Below are positions 1 through 10,706 of a stretch of 64,000 nucleotides of DNA, piece by piece. Position 1 is the first letter of the stretch; each line of letters begins with the position of its first letter. Both the position numbers and the translations under genes were made by a program. The stretch is taken from assembly GCA_963664325.2 (NCBI GenBank), contig CAXXDQ010000006.1, forward strand, positions 64,001-128,000, in the 5' to 3' direction. Below the pieces are notes generated by a model. It searched no databases. It saw only the letters and a list, made by a program, of their open reading frames with translations, and was not told the origin of the DNA. This DNA comes from Desulfomonilia bacterium. GTDB lineage: Bacteria; Desulfobacterota; Desulfomonilia; UBA1062.

Positions 1-27
1 ATTCCTGAAGAAGTCGCGTAAATCACC

Positions 28-2723
28 ATGTCAAGAAAAGTCCTTATCGTGGAAGACGATCCTGTTTTCAGGAATTATCTTTTTATGGTGCTGAAGAGTG
101 AGTACGATGTTGCAATTGCGGCAAATCCAATTCAGGCTCTTGATTTCCTGTCCCATGAAATATTCGACCTCATTATAACCGACCTCAGAATGCCCGAGAT
201 GGACGGGCGCGAGTTTGTGGAAAAGGTACATTCCGAGATATTCCCGGGACTGCCCGTGATCGTGGTCACCGCATACGAGGATGACTGGCCCGAAGAGGAA
301 GGCATATCAAGCCGAACATTCACATTCCTGCGAAAGGGGGGGTTCCTCCCGAGCGAGTTGAAGTCTCTTGTAGAAACTGCCATCGGCAAGCCTTTGACCA
401 CAGAAGCCGTACCGACGGGTCTGCATGAGATACAGTTCAGGGACATTCTGGACAACCTCTCAGATGCCGTTATCGTTACCGACAGGTATCTCAAGCCGTT
501 TTATGTGAACAGGCGTTTCGGGACGCTGACCGGCATTGTAATAAAGGACATGTCGGGTTCACTCCTTAATATCCTCAGCAGTGAAACGAGGGAAAAGCTC
601 AGCGAAGTTGCAGGAAGGATCGAGGAAAACTGGCAGTCAGATCTGAGCCTGGAGATTAAATGTATTGACAGCAGCTTTATGAGTTTTGACTTTGCGCTGA
701 GGTATATGAAAACCCAGGATGCAGAACTGCTGGTCTTTACCGGAAATCCGGCCGCGGAGATCCTGAATACAGGGGCCGGTGATGCCCATGAAAGGCTGCA
801 AAGTATTATTAATGAACTTGAAGAGGCCAGGGCTGAATGCAAAGCTGTCGAGGCCGATTTTAACAGAATCGAATTCGACTCAAGGGGAGTAGTACTGTGG
901 CTTGACGGTACTTTCGGCTGTATTTACGCCAATCCTGATGTTGAACGTATCCTGGGGTACAAACCGGACGAACTCAAGGGCGCCGGGATACCCTGGGACA
1001 AGATCCTCCATCCTGATGATCTGCACATTATTGCCGACCTTCTAACTGCTGCTGGACAGGGGATAGAAAAATTAAGGGGCGAGGCCAGGGCATACAGCAG
1101 GACGGGTCTCCTCGTATACCTGTCCTGGAATGCCGTTCTCAGTTATAAGCCTGATGGGGCGCTGGCCGGAGTTGATATAATCGCCGAAGATATAACCCAG
1201 AGGATCATTGCAAATAATGAATTGATCAAGGCCGGTAAAAGGCTCGAAGAAGTCCGCGAGTCCATGCAGAGCACACCTGATGAGAGGTGCAGGCTCATTG
1301 TGGAGGATTCAAGGAATGTGATCTTCACCCTGGATGAAGGATCAAGGATACTTTATATAAACAGGAAAGGCCTGACTGAACTTGCAGCTGTTGAGGATGA
1401 TATAATATCGAGGCCGTTTCAGGAATTCATATCCGATCAGATATCGTTAACACGTTTTGAAGCAGCCCTTCTCAAACTGAATGAAGGCCATGATCCCGGA
1501 GATGTGCATATCTCTGTGGACACTGCCCGCGGACGCAGCGTCTGGGGAATAACCATGTGGGTGATGGGGTCATCCCATTCGAGGATTGAATATGCAGGGG
1601 TTGCCAGGGACATGACGGCCGAGGTATCAAATTTCAAAAAGCTCAGCCTGCTTGCAAATATTGAACAGTACAGTGCAGATGCAATTATCGGTTATGACCT
1701 TGAAAGGCGGATCATATCCTGGAACCGGGGCGCGTCCATGATGTTCGGATGGTCCGAAGAAGAAATCCTGGGCAACTATTCATTCACGACAATAGTCCCC
1801 GAGGAAAGGAAGAAGGAATCCGACGAGGTTCTGAAAGAGGTCCTTGAAAAAGGCTATGTTCGCGACCTTGAAACGATACGCAAGACCAAATACGGTGAAA
1901 TGCTTAACGTAAACCTTACAATGACTGTATTGAGGGATGATGTCGGCAAACCGTTCGGGTTTTCTATTATCATCAAGGATATCACCAGGCAGAAGAAGAT
2001 GGAATCGGCTTTGCTCCAGTCTGAAAGGCTTGCCGCAATGGGTAAGCTTTCAGCCAGCATTGCGCATGAAATCAACAATCCTCTTTACGGCATAAAGAGC
2101 TGTCTGAAACATGTTCTTAATACAGAGGAAACAAAGCAGATAGATTCACAGTTTGTCAAGCTGGCAATCAAGGAAACAGACAGGATTGCAGAACTCATCA
2201 GGAATATGAAGACTTTCTACCAGCCCAGCGAGGAGAGGTTTTTACAACTGATCTTAACGAGATAATAAAGGAAATCCTGACCTTCAACAGAAAATACCTT
2301 GAAGAGAACAAGGTGAAGCTTGAACTTGACCTTGCCGAATGCCCCTATGTTCTTGTAGTGCCTGAACAGATCAAACAGGTTTTTCTTAACCTCATGACCA
2401 ATGCAGCCGAGGCCATGCCCGGTGGAGGAACGCTTAGGGTGTCTACCATGCCGGGAATTGACGGCAAGTCGGTAAGCATAACATTCACGGATACGGGAGT
2501 GGGCATCGTAAAGGAAGATATCCCCAGGCTGTTCGACATGTTCTATTCGAAAAAGCCTCATGTAAAGGGAGTCGGGCTCGGTTTGTCGGTAAGCTACGGT
2601 ATTATCAAAAGACACGGGGGGTCAATCGAGGTTGAAAGTGATCCCTCAGTGGGTTCCTGCTTTAAGATTGTCCTGCCGGTTAAACCCCTATGGGAAAGGC
2701 AGCTGAAGCTTGATCTCAAATAG
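28..2723 (+). CDS. Hybrid sensor histidine kinase (REC - multiple PAS - HisKA - HATPase); one frameshift at T-run ~2239-2243
   Basis: N-terminal receiver (LIVEDD, DLRMP), PAS repeats, H-box AHEINNPL; ORF 2313-2723 has the N/G boxes (NLMTNA, DTGVGI, GLGLGL). Adding one T joins them via ..TTDLNEIIKEIL.. Confidence 0.9.
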
Positions 2724-2733
2724 CGGGGGCAGG

Positions 2734-3607
2734 GTGTTCAAGTCGGGTTTTGTCGCCATTATCGGCAGACCCAATGTCGGGAAGTCTTCTTTCCTGAATA
2801 GAATTATCGAAGAAAAAATATCCATCATAACACCTAAACCGCAGACTACGCGCGACAGAGTACTGGGAATATTCACAAGAGATGACTGCCAGATGATATT
2901 CCTGGATACTCCGGGCATTCATGTCTCGGACAAAGAGCTTAACAGATGTATGGTCGACAAGGCCCTTTCCGCACTTTTCGATTCGGATCTGGCGCTTGTC
3001 ATGGCAGAGCCTGCCGACACGGCTGAGTCTCTCTCTACTGTTTTTGAGCATATAAAGGACTTCCGCAAGAAAGCCGTTTTCGTACTTAACAAGTCCGATC
3101 TGCTGCCTGTGGAAACGTCAATAAAAAAAATTGACGAGCCTCAGCTCAAATTTCGACTTTATCTGCAGGCTGGCGATATCATGCAAAACCGGAGCCGGGA
3201 TAGACGTTCTGATGAATGAGATATATGGAGCCCTTCCCGAGGGGCCGCCGTTTTTTCCCGATGACATGATAACGGATGCCTCAGAGAGGTTTTTATGTGC
3301 AGAACTGATAAGGGAAAAGGTTTTTCTGCTGACCCAGAAGGAGATACCTTATTCTGCCGCGGTCGAAATAGAACAGTTCAAGGAAGGTGAAACAGCCAGG
3401 ATATCGGCTGTTATCCATATAGAACGTTCTTCCCAGAAAGCCATAGTGATAGGCAAGGGCGGTTCAATGCTCAAAAAGATTGGAACCCAGGCGAGAATGG
3501 ACATGGAACGCCTGCTGGGTCAGAAGGTATTTCTTGAGCTGTTTGTCCGGATTACCGAAAACTGGACTAAAAATCCGCGTGAACTTAAGAGGCTCGGGTA
3601 TAAATAA
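2734..3607 (+). CDS. era: GTPase Era; frameshift (extra base ~3139)
   Basis: GRPNVGKS, PQTTR, DTPG, NKSD in the first ORF; ELIREK..EIPY and KH domain (IVIGKGG) in the second. Confidence 0.93.
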
Positions 3608-4923
3608 TGCTGATAGCGATTGTGGGAAGGCCGAATGTCGGTAAAGTCGACGCTTTTCAACCAGCTTCTGCGCGATAACCGCGCCATTGTTGGTCCCGAG
3701 CGCGGGATTACCACGCGACCGTATTTACGGCAGATGGCATATAGACGAGGATCATACCGTTGATGTCGTCGATACCGGCGGATACGATTCGATTACAGAA
3801 GGTCCGATCGGTACATCCATGCGCGAACAGACCCTTGCCGCCATCAGGGAGGCCGACCTGATCCTGTGCCTTCTCGATGCCCGGGAGGGGGCAACTAGGG
3901 ATGATTACGAGCTTATCGAGATACTGAGAAACTCCGGGTGCGATATAATCTATGCGGGCGAACAAAGTGGATGACCCCAATTCCGATACAGGCATGGCTC
4001 AGCTTTACGAGCTCGGGCTAGAAGGCTTCATCGGCATATCGGCAAAGAACAGGAGGCTGGGCGGACTCCTTGATGAAATAAAGGTCCGGATTGACAGGAC
4101 AGATGAGTTGCTGCCTGACGAAAGGGATTATATCCGGGTGAGCATCCTCGGAAGACCCAATGTCGGCAAGTCGGCGCTGCTCAACCGGATTATCGGCAGG
4201 GAGCGGTCCATCGTTTCACCTATAGCGGGCACGACAAGGGATTATGTTGATACCTCATATGAGCATGGCGGCAGAAAATACCTTTTTATAGACACGGCCG
4301 GGATAAGACGCAATTCCCGCATCGACACCAAGCTTGAAAAGGTTAGCGTAATGCGTTCCATCCACAATGTCGGGCGCTCGCATGTCTGTTTGTGCCTGAT
4401 GGATGCGACAGAGCCGGTGACGGATCAGGACCGGCATCTGATGGGTATTATCCAGGAACATGCGAAAGCCTGCGCGATTGTCATAAACAAGACCGACCTG
4501 ACCGATGAGGCGGGAAGAAATACCGTCAGGGACAGGATTGACCTCTTCATGCGATTTGCAGCTGATACGCCGGTAATCCTGGTTTCAGCCTTGACCGGCA
4601 AGAATGTGCCCAGGCTTTTCCCGCTGATAAACGGGCTTTTTGACAAGACATCAAAAGAGGTTCCGACTCCTGTGTTGAACAGACACCTGGCGCACATTGT
4701 TGAAAAGCACCAGCCGCCCGTATCCAAAAACCGCAGGATCAAATTCTATTATATTACGCAGACAGGAACCGTCCCTCCAAGATTCAGGATTGTTACTAAC
4801 CGCCCGGAGGATATTCCAGAATCGTATTCCCGTTACCTGATCAAGGCCTTGAAGACGGAATGCGGCCTTGAAGGCATTCCCGTAAAGATCAAATTCGCCT
4901 CGCGAAGGAAAGATGATGAGTAG
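3607..4923 (+). CDS. der: Ribosome biogenesis GTPase Der (EngA); three +1 indels (~3644, ~3713, ~3957)
   Basis: ATG overlaps the era stop (TAATG); MLIAIVGRPNVGKSTLFN, ITRDR, DTGG, NKVD, then a second G domain GRPNVGKS/GTTRD/DTAG and C-terminal KH-like domain. Confidence 0.92.
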
Positions 4924-5210
4924 AATACAACCACAGTCGGCAGCATATGGCTCTGATAAAAATAAACATAATCATTCCTTTAGATGATCAGGAAATAACG
5001 GCATAAATACAAAATACAGAGACCAGGCTCCTTTGGTGCTTACTCCCGGTGGCCGGAAAATCCGTGAGCGTGGAAGATATCATAATATATGCATCTGCAT
5101 GCAAGTTTGACCTCTTCTTTTTTATGCCCTTGCAGCTTACGGTTCCAGGCTTAATATTATAAAAATCCATTGTTGGATAATCATGAAATGAGAACTGAAG
5201 GGAGGATGTT

Positions 5211-7040
5211 ATGGATTTGTACAGAGAATCATCAATACCGGCTATATTTTTAAACAGGGTGGAGAGGTATGGGGACAGGGTTTGTGTTACGTATAAAAAC
5301 AGGTCTGGCATCTATGAGGACATATCATGGAAAAAGATGAAGGAGCTTGTCCTTGATATCGGCTGTTACCTTCTCTCAAAGGGCATCAGGCATGGCGACA
5401 AGGTGGCACTGTTCTCAAACAACAGGTATGAATGGTGGGTTGCTGACCTTGCGATATTATCCTGCGGTGCGGTCAATGTCCCGATATATCCCTCTAACTC
5501 GGCAGAAGAAGCCCGATATATAATCGACAATTCGGATGCAAGGATCTGTTTTGCCGGATCAACTGAACACCTTCTCAAGGTTCTCTCGATAAGAGAGAAA
5601 CTTCCGGACCTGGCTGGTGTTGTTGTTCTGGAAGAACCGGAAGAAGCAATGCCAGGAGTGATATCATTCAGCCGGGCATTGAATGAAGGCGCAGCTTTCA
5701 ACGGAAGGGACCTGCTCGATGCGCGTATACAGTCTATTAATATGGGTGATATTGCGAGCATCATTTATACCTCGGGGACAACAGGCAATCCAAAGGGCGT
5801 CATGCTTGCCCACAATAGTTTCGTCACTAACATCAAACAATGCTATGCAGTTGCCCCTGACCTTTTCGAACAGGACCACACCATGCTTTCATTCCTGCCG
5901 CTTTCCCACTGCTATGAGAGGACGGCCGGGTATTACATGCCATTGTACACAGGGAAGAAAGTAGTATTTGCCGAGGATTTCTCAAGGATTCTGCAGAACT
6001 TCCAGGAGGTGAGGCCTTCGCTAATAGTATGTGTGCCGAGGCTGTTTGAAAAAATTCACACCGGGATAATGTCAAAAGCGGTGGCAGCAACTCCTGCAAA
6101 AAAGAAACTGTTTAACTGGGCTTTGAGCGTGGCTCGGCGCAACCTGGACTATATATGCAATAACAGAACGAGAAAGGGTGTTTTCGCAATCGAGTATTCC
6201 CTTGCCGAGAAGATTGTGTTCTCGAAGATAAAGGCCGCTCTGGGAATGGACAGGCTGGAAATCGGGCTATCCGGAGGAGGGCCTCTTTCGAAAACCGATG
6301 CCGAGTTTTTCCTCGGTATGGGAATCAAGATACTCGAAGGCTACGGCCTTACCGAAACAGGGCCTGTAACAAATGTCAACAGACCGGAAAAAATCAAACC
6401 CGGAACTGTCGGGCCGCCGCTTGTAGATACCGAGATCAGGATTTCGGACGAAGGAGAGGTCCTTATAAGGGGGCCGCAGCTCATGGCCGGGTATTATAAA
6501 AATGAAGCGGCGACGCGAGAAGTATTCACTGAAGACGGATTTTTCAGGTCCGGCGACATAGGAGAAGTGGATGCTGACGGTTTTTTGAAAATTACCGGCA
6601 GGATAAAAGATCTTATCATAACGTCAGGCGGAAAGAACATTTCTCCCCAGAATATTGAAAACACCATAAAGGGTTCACGTTACGTCGAGCAGGTTGCAGT
6701 AATCGGCGACAACAGGAAATACCTGACGGCGCTTGTTGTACCTGCATTTGCTGAGCTTGAGCAATGGGCGGCAGGACAGGGCATAGCGTTTTCATCCAAG
6801 GACGGGCTGATCAATAATGATGCTGTCAGGCAGCTTATATCTGATGAAATCAACCTGTTCACCAGAGACCTGGCACGCGTCGAACAGATAAAGAAATTCA
6901 CACTGCTTGCCGATGAGTGGTCACAGGAGACTGATGAACTTACGCCCACACTTAAACTTAAACGCAGGGTTTTAAACATGAAGTATGCTTCCGAAATAAA
7001 CCAGATGTATCCGGAGGAAGGGTTGGAGTCTCTAGTCTGA
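5211..7040 (+). CDS. fadD: Long-chain fatty acid--CoA ligase (AMP-forming)
   Basis: IYTSGTTGNPKG, EGYGLTE, GDIG, GRIKDLI, ELTPTLKLKR; GGAGG RBS. Confidence 0.92.
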   Translation: MDLYRESSIPAIFLNRVERYGDRVCVTYKNRSGIYEDISWKKMKELVLDIGCYLLSKGIRHGDKVALFSNNRYEWWVADLAILSCGAVNVPIYPSNSAEEARYIIDNSDARICFAGSTEHLLKVLSIREKLPDLAGVVVLEEPEEAMPGVISFSRALNEGAAFNGRDLLDARIQSINMGDIASIIYTSGTTGNPKGVMLAHNSFVTNIKQCYAVAPDLFEQDHTMLSFLPLSHCYERTAGYYMPLYTGKKVVFAEDFSRILQNFQEVRPSLIVCVPRLFEKIHTGIMSKAVAATPAKKKLFNWALSVARRNLDYICNNRTRKGVFAIEYSLAEKIVFSKIKAALGMDRLEIGLSGGGPLSKTDAEFFLGMGIKILEGYGLTETGPVTNVNRPEKIKPGTVGPPLVDTEIRISDEGEVLIRGPQLMAGYYKNEAATREVFTEDGFFRSGDIGEVDADGFLKITGRIKDLIITSGGKNISPQNIENTIKGSRYVEQVAVIGDNRKYLTALVVPAFAELEQWAAGQGIAFSSKDGLINNDAVRQLISDEINLFTRDLARVEQIKKFTLLADEWSQETDELTPTLKLKRRVLNMKYASEINQMYPEEGLESLV

Positions 7041-7062
7041 TCTATTCAAGGTAGGGGGAAAA

Positions 7063-8985
7063 ATGACAAGACTGCTTTATATCGGAAGGGTATTGCTGAG
7101 TTCGCTGGTACTTGTCTTTTCTTTTCAGATTTTCAGGGTATTTATGTTGACGGTTATCTGGAACCTCAGTCACTATCTGTCAGGGCCGTATTCCCTTGCT
7201 TTGTTTGCCCTGGCGGTCTTTGCATCTGTCCTCCTGCTGCCGGTGGTGAACAGAATAACCGGCAGCAGGGTCGTCATTGCCGTCTCGGGGGCCGGCATCG
7301 TCCTTATGCGGCTGGCCGTGCAGCTTGTTGCAGAACCGGCATACCTGATCATTCTTTCCACAGCCGGGGTTATAATGTTCCTGTTTTTTTTCACGGCCTG
7401 GATAAGTTCCCGGTTTAATTATGGCGGCGAATATCCTCCTGTAATGGCGGCGGGTTTTCCTTTGGCCATACTGATCGATGTCTGCAGCCGCTCACTGCTT
7501 TTCTCATATGACCTTATCTGGAGAAAGAACACCTGGGCTTTACTCGCCATTGCCGGAACCTCCCTTGTGATGCTGATCCTGCTCTGGGTGACGGTAGTTC
7601 ATGGCAAAAAGAACGACGAGGAAGGGGAACCCGGCTTCCTGCGATCGCTGCTGATAGCCGGCATCGGCCCATGGCTTTATCTGGGGATGGCTCTTTATCA
7701 GAATCCTTCGGCAGCGGCCGGGATTACGGGAATGACCGACATGCAGGTGCACATAATGATCTGTATAACAACTGCTGCAGGCGCATTCGCGGGGATGTTC
7801 ATTGCGCTCAGGCCGAAGAGTTTCAGGTTTGCCGTTGCATTGGCATTATCACTTGTCGTCATCGTTTCAACCTGGGGGATAATTGAGGCAAGAGGGTTTC
7901 AGATTTACCTGCTTTGTGCTGGGGCGGTGGCTATGTGGATGCTCCCGGGATTTGTCTTTGCCGGCTCGCCGGGGAAAAAGCAAGGCATGTTCGGGACCTC
8001 ATTCGGCGTGTTCCTGGGTTTTGTCCTTTTGCTTGTCCTTATTTTCCTTAATGCAAATTTCAATATATCAGGCGTGGGCATTGCCGCGTCCGTGATTGTC
8101 TCAATCGTTGCCGTATCGGTATCACTGACGCATATTGAATCGGTAAACTGGAAAAATGCCAAGGCCTGTCTGTCGCTGGTAGGCATCTTCTGCATAATTG
8201 CCGTGGGAGCCATTGACATGATGGCTCTTAAATACAAGCTTCCTTCAACTTACTGGCTTTTTCCGGGCAATAATATGAGGATATTGACCTATAATATCCA
8301 TCAGGGGCTGGATGCCGATTACAGGATGAACCTGGAAGGCATAATAAACGAGATCAAGAAGCTCAATCCGGATGTTGTCTGCCTGCAGGAAGTAAACCGG
8401 GCCCAGGTCTCAAACGGGCTTGTGGACTGCCTTATGCCGATAAGCCAAGCGCTCGGCATGTCCTATGCTTTCGGTGCAAACCATGACGACGGCCAATACG
8501 GTAATGCCGTTCTGACAAGGTACCCGATAAAGGACTGGGACAATCTCAAGTTTTTTAATAACTCGACAGAAACAAGGGGTACTCTGCATGCTGTTGTCAA
8601 GACAAAACAGACTGATGATGCAAAGAGTGATCTGAATATTTTTGTCACCCATCTTGACCATATTGCCGGTCCGAAAAATGTGCGGGAAAAACAGGTTCGT
8701 GAGGTGCTTGAGTTCTGGGCCAAAAAGCCAAGGGCGGTAATCGCGGGCGATCTCAATGCTGAACCGGACACGGCCGAGATGAAGCCATTTTATGCATCCG
8801 GGCTCAAGGATGCCCTGGAGCCTTCGGGAAAGAAATATGTGAAAACGTTCTGGGAGGGCTATGGCGAGCAGGCAATGAAACTTGACTATATATTTGTCTC
8901 AGGTGATCTCAATATCGCAGGTGTAATCATTGACAACTCCAGGGCCTCGGACCATAAACCGGTGGCAGTCGATATCGGAAGGTAA
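7063..8985 (+). CDS. Polytopic membrane protein with C-terminal endonuclease/exonuclease/phosphatase domain (Cwh43/PGAP2IP-like architecture)
   Basis: ~390 aa hydrophobic N-terminus; TYNIH, LQEV, THL, GDLNA, DYIF, SDHKPV motifs. Confidence 0.8.
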   Translation: MTRLLYIGRVLLSSLVLVFSFQIFRVFMLTVIWNLSHYLSGPYSLALFALAVFASVLLLPVVNRITGSRVVIAVSGAGIVLMRLAVQLVAEPAYLIILSTAGVIMFLFFFTAWISSRFNYGGEYPPVMAAGFPLAILIDVCSRSLLFSYDLIWRKNTWALLAIAGTSLVMLILLWVTVVHGKKNDEEGEPGFLRSLLIAGIGPWLYLGMALYQNPSAAAGITGMTDMQVHIMICITTAAGAFAGMFIALRPKSFRFAVALALSLVVIVSTWGIIEARGFQIYLLCAGAVAMWMLPGFVFAGSPGKKQGMFGTSFGVFLGFVLLLVLIFLNANFNISGVGIAASVIVSIVAVSVSLTHIESVNWKNAKACLSLVGIFCIIAVGAIDMMALKYKLPSTYWLFPGNNMRILTYNIHQGLDADYRMNLEGIINEIKKLNPDVVCLQEVNRAQVSNGLVDCLMPISQALGMSYAFGANHDDGQYGNAVLTRYPIKDWDNLKFFNNSTETRGTLHAVVKTKQTDDAKSDLNIFVTHLDHIAGPKNVREKQVREVLEFWAKKPRAVIAGDLNAEPDTAEMKPFYASGLKDALEPSGKKYVKTFWEGYGEQAMKLDYIFVSGDLNIAGVIIDNSRASDHKPVAVDIGR

Positions 8986-8991
8986 GAGGCC

Positions 8992-9675
8992 ATGTCCGGG
9001 AGAAAAGCTGCCTTCTTCGATTTTGACAAAACCCTTTTGGACTGCGAGTCATCAAAGCTGCTGATAACTTATATGAGAAGGAATAGGGGCTATTTCTTTT
9101 CGGAAAAAGGAATATCTCCCGGCTATATTATCAAACTTCTTGTCTTAAACGAATTCTACAAGAGGCATATTTATTCCGACCAGAAGATGGCCCTCCTGCT
9201 GATCAGCTTTTTCAAAGGCAGAAGGCTCTCAACTTTCGAGGATATCGCCCCTGAGCTTTACCGGGATCATATCAGGCAGCACCTCTCTCCGGTCCTGATG
9301 GACCGTGTTGAGGGACACAGGAAAGAGGGCGACCTTCTGGTGCTTATTTCAGCCGGGCTCAGGTATATCCTGAACGTGGTAAAAACGGAGCTCGGATTTG
9401 ACCATCTTTTATGCACCGACCTTGAAACGGGCACCGGCGGTCTCCTGACGGGAAAGGTTTCAGGGGCAGTATGCATCGGTGCCAACAAGAAGCTTATGTG
9501 CGAAATACTGGCCAGGAAGGAGGGTATCGATCTCGAATCGTCAAGCGCTTACGGCAACCACCAGTCGGATATCCCGATGCTTAGCGCGGTCGGTCATGCC
9601 TTTGTGGTGGAACCCACCGGGCCTCTGCTCAGAGTCGCCCTTAAGAAGGACTGGCCGGTGTTGAGATTCAGATAA
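8992..9675 (+). CDS. HAD-IB family hydrolase (SerB-like / lipid phosphatase)
   Basis: AAFFDFDKTL, LISAG, K, AYGNHQSDIPML. Confidence 0.85.
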   Translation: MSGRKAAFFDFDKTLLDCESSKLLITYMRRNRGYFFSEKGISPGYIIKLLVLNEFYKRHIYSDQKMALLLISFFKGRRLSTFEDIAPELYRDHIRQHLSPVLMDRVEGHRKEGDLLVLISAGLRYILNVVKTELGFDHLLCTDLETGTGGLLTGKVSGAVCIGANKKLMCEILARKEGIDLESSSAYGNHQSDIPMLSAVGHAFVVEPTGPLLRVALKKDWPVLRFR

Positions 9676-9837
9676 GGTAAGCCGTTTTTTGTCGGCCTAA
9701 TCTGCACACGTCGTATAATTAATAAACTTAACAACTAATAACACTTAACGCCATTACACTTTTTTATACTTAACCCTTGAATGCAGGGTTAATAGTGACT
9801 ATCAGTATACAGTAAACAAATAAACCGGAGGTAACTC

Positions 9838-9945
9838 ATGAAGAAGCTTTGCAAAACAACGGTAATACTGGGCATTCTGGCTGGCATCGGGTATCTTGTC
9901 TGTACAAAGATGTGTAAAAAAGAAGATTGCGGCTGCAAGAAGTAG
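9838..9945 (+). CDS. 35-aa Cys/Lys-rich single-pass membrane microprotein (not in ORF track)
   Basis: GGAGG RBS, ATG, MKKLCKTTVILGILAGIGYLVCTKMCKKEDCGCKK*, followed by a terminator. Confidence 0.7.
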   Translation: MKKLCKTTVILGILAGIGYLVCTKMCKKEDCGCKK

Positions 9946-9958
9946 GTTAAAAGAGTAT

Positions 9959-9985
9959 GGGGCAGATCCTGCCCCGTCTTTTTTT
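9959..9985 (+). terminator. Intrinsic terminator
   Basis: GGGGCAG-atc-CTGCCCC then gtcTTTTTTT. Confidence 0.75.
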
Positions 9986-10022
9986 AAGAAATGATCTTTG
10001 CCAGATGTATATATCCGCCAGA

Positions 10023-10691
10023 TTATCGCTTTACCCAGCGACCGGCTATAAAAGCGCCTGTATCAAGTCCGGCAGAAGCCCCTTTTTTTTCGATTTCCAT
10101 GGCCTGACGGGGGTCTGAATCATCGGGAAAATATATTGCCGTTTTGGTTATGCACTTGGAACCAATAAGATTTGCCAGTTCATCGGGTGAGCGGAATACG
10201 GCATGCGCGAATATGCCTCCTTCTTTATCTGCGTTTTTTCTTCTTTTCCCGGCCCAGGGGCTCAGGCTGTTGAGCGTTGCAGCGACTATGGTACCGCCAG
10301 GTTTTGTCACCCTTTCAAGTTCGCTTAAGGCCCGGGAGGCGTCTTTGATGAATTCGATTGCAGTAATCGTTACCGTCTTGTCGAAGGCGCAGTCTATAAA
10401 AGGGAGCCTCAGCATATCCGCGCAGACGCAGGTGAATCCGTTTCCGGTTTTACGTAAGGCCTTCTTCAGCATCGGCTTCGATATGTCGACTCCTGTAACT
10501 GAGGCCCCTTTACTGATAATGTCCGATGTGAATATTCCTGTCCCGCAGCCTGCATCGAGAATATGATCTCCTGCTTGAGGCTTGAGCATCGTAAGGATAA
10601 GGTCTAATTCGAATTCTTTGATCAGCTTTCCCAGAGGGGTCGAAAACCATTTTTCATAATCATCCGGCCAGTTGTCGAACAGTTCGGGCAT
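10023..10691 (-). CDS. Class I SAM-dependent methyltransferase
   Basis: ILDAGCGTG, GVDIS, LPF, RVTKPGG. Confidence 0.88.
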   Translation of the reverse strand: MPELFDNWPDDYEKWFSTPLGKLIKEFELDLILTMLKPQAGDHILDAGCGTGIFTSDIISKGASVTGVDISKPMLKKALRKTGNGFTCVCADMLRLPFIDCAFDKTVTITAIEFIKDASRALSELERVTKPGGTIVAATLNSLSPWAGKRRKNADKEGGIFAHAVFRSPDELANLIGSKCITKTAIYFPDDSDPRQAMEIEKKGASAGLDTGAFIAGRWVKR

Positions 10692-10706
10692 ATCCGTATT
10701 GCCGGG

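Noticed and set aside
2239-3960. Programmed frameshifting in the kinase, era or der
   Set aside because: Too many independent indels, no consistent slippery site or stimulatory structure; sequencing error is simpler
4924-5210. ORF 4988-5311 or an RNA element in the der-fadD spacer
   Set aside because: Overlaps fadD antisense; no RBS, motif or convincing stem
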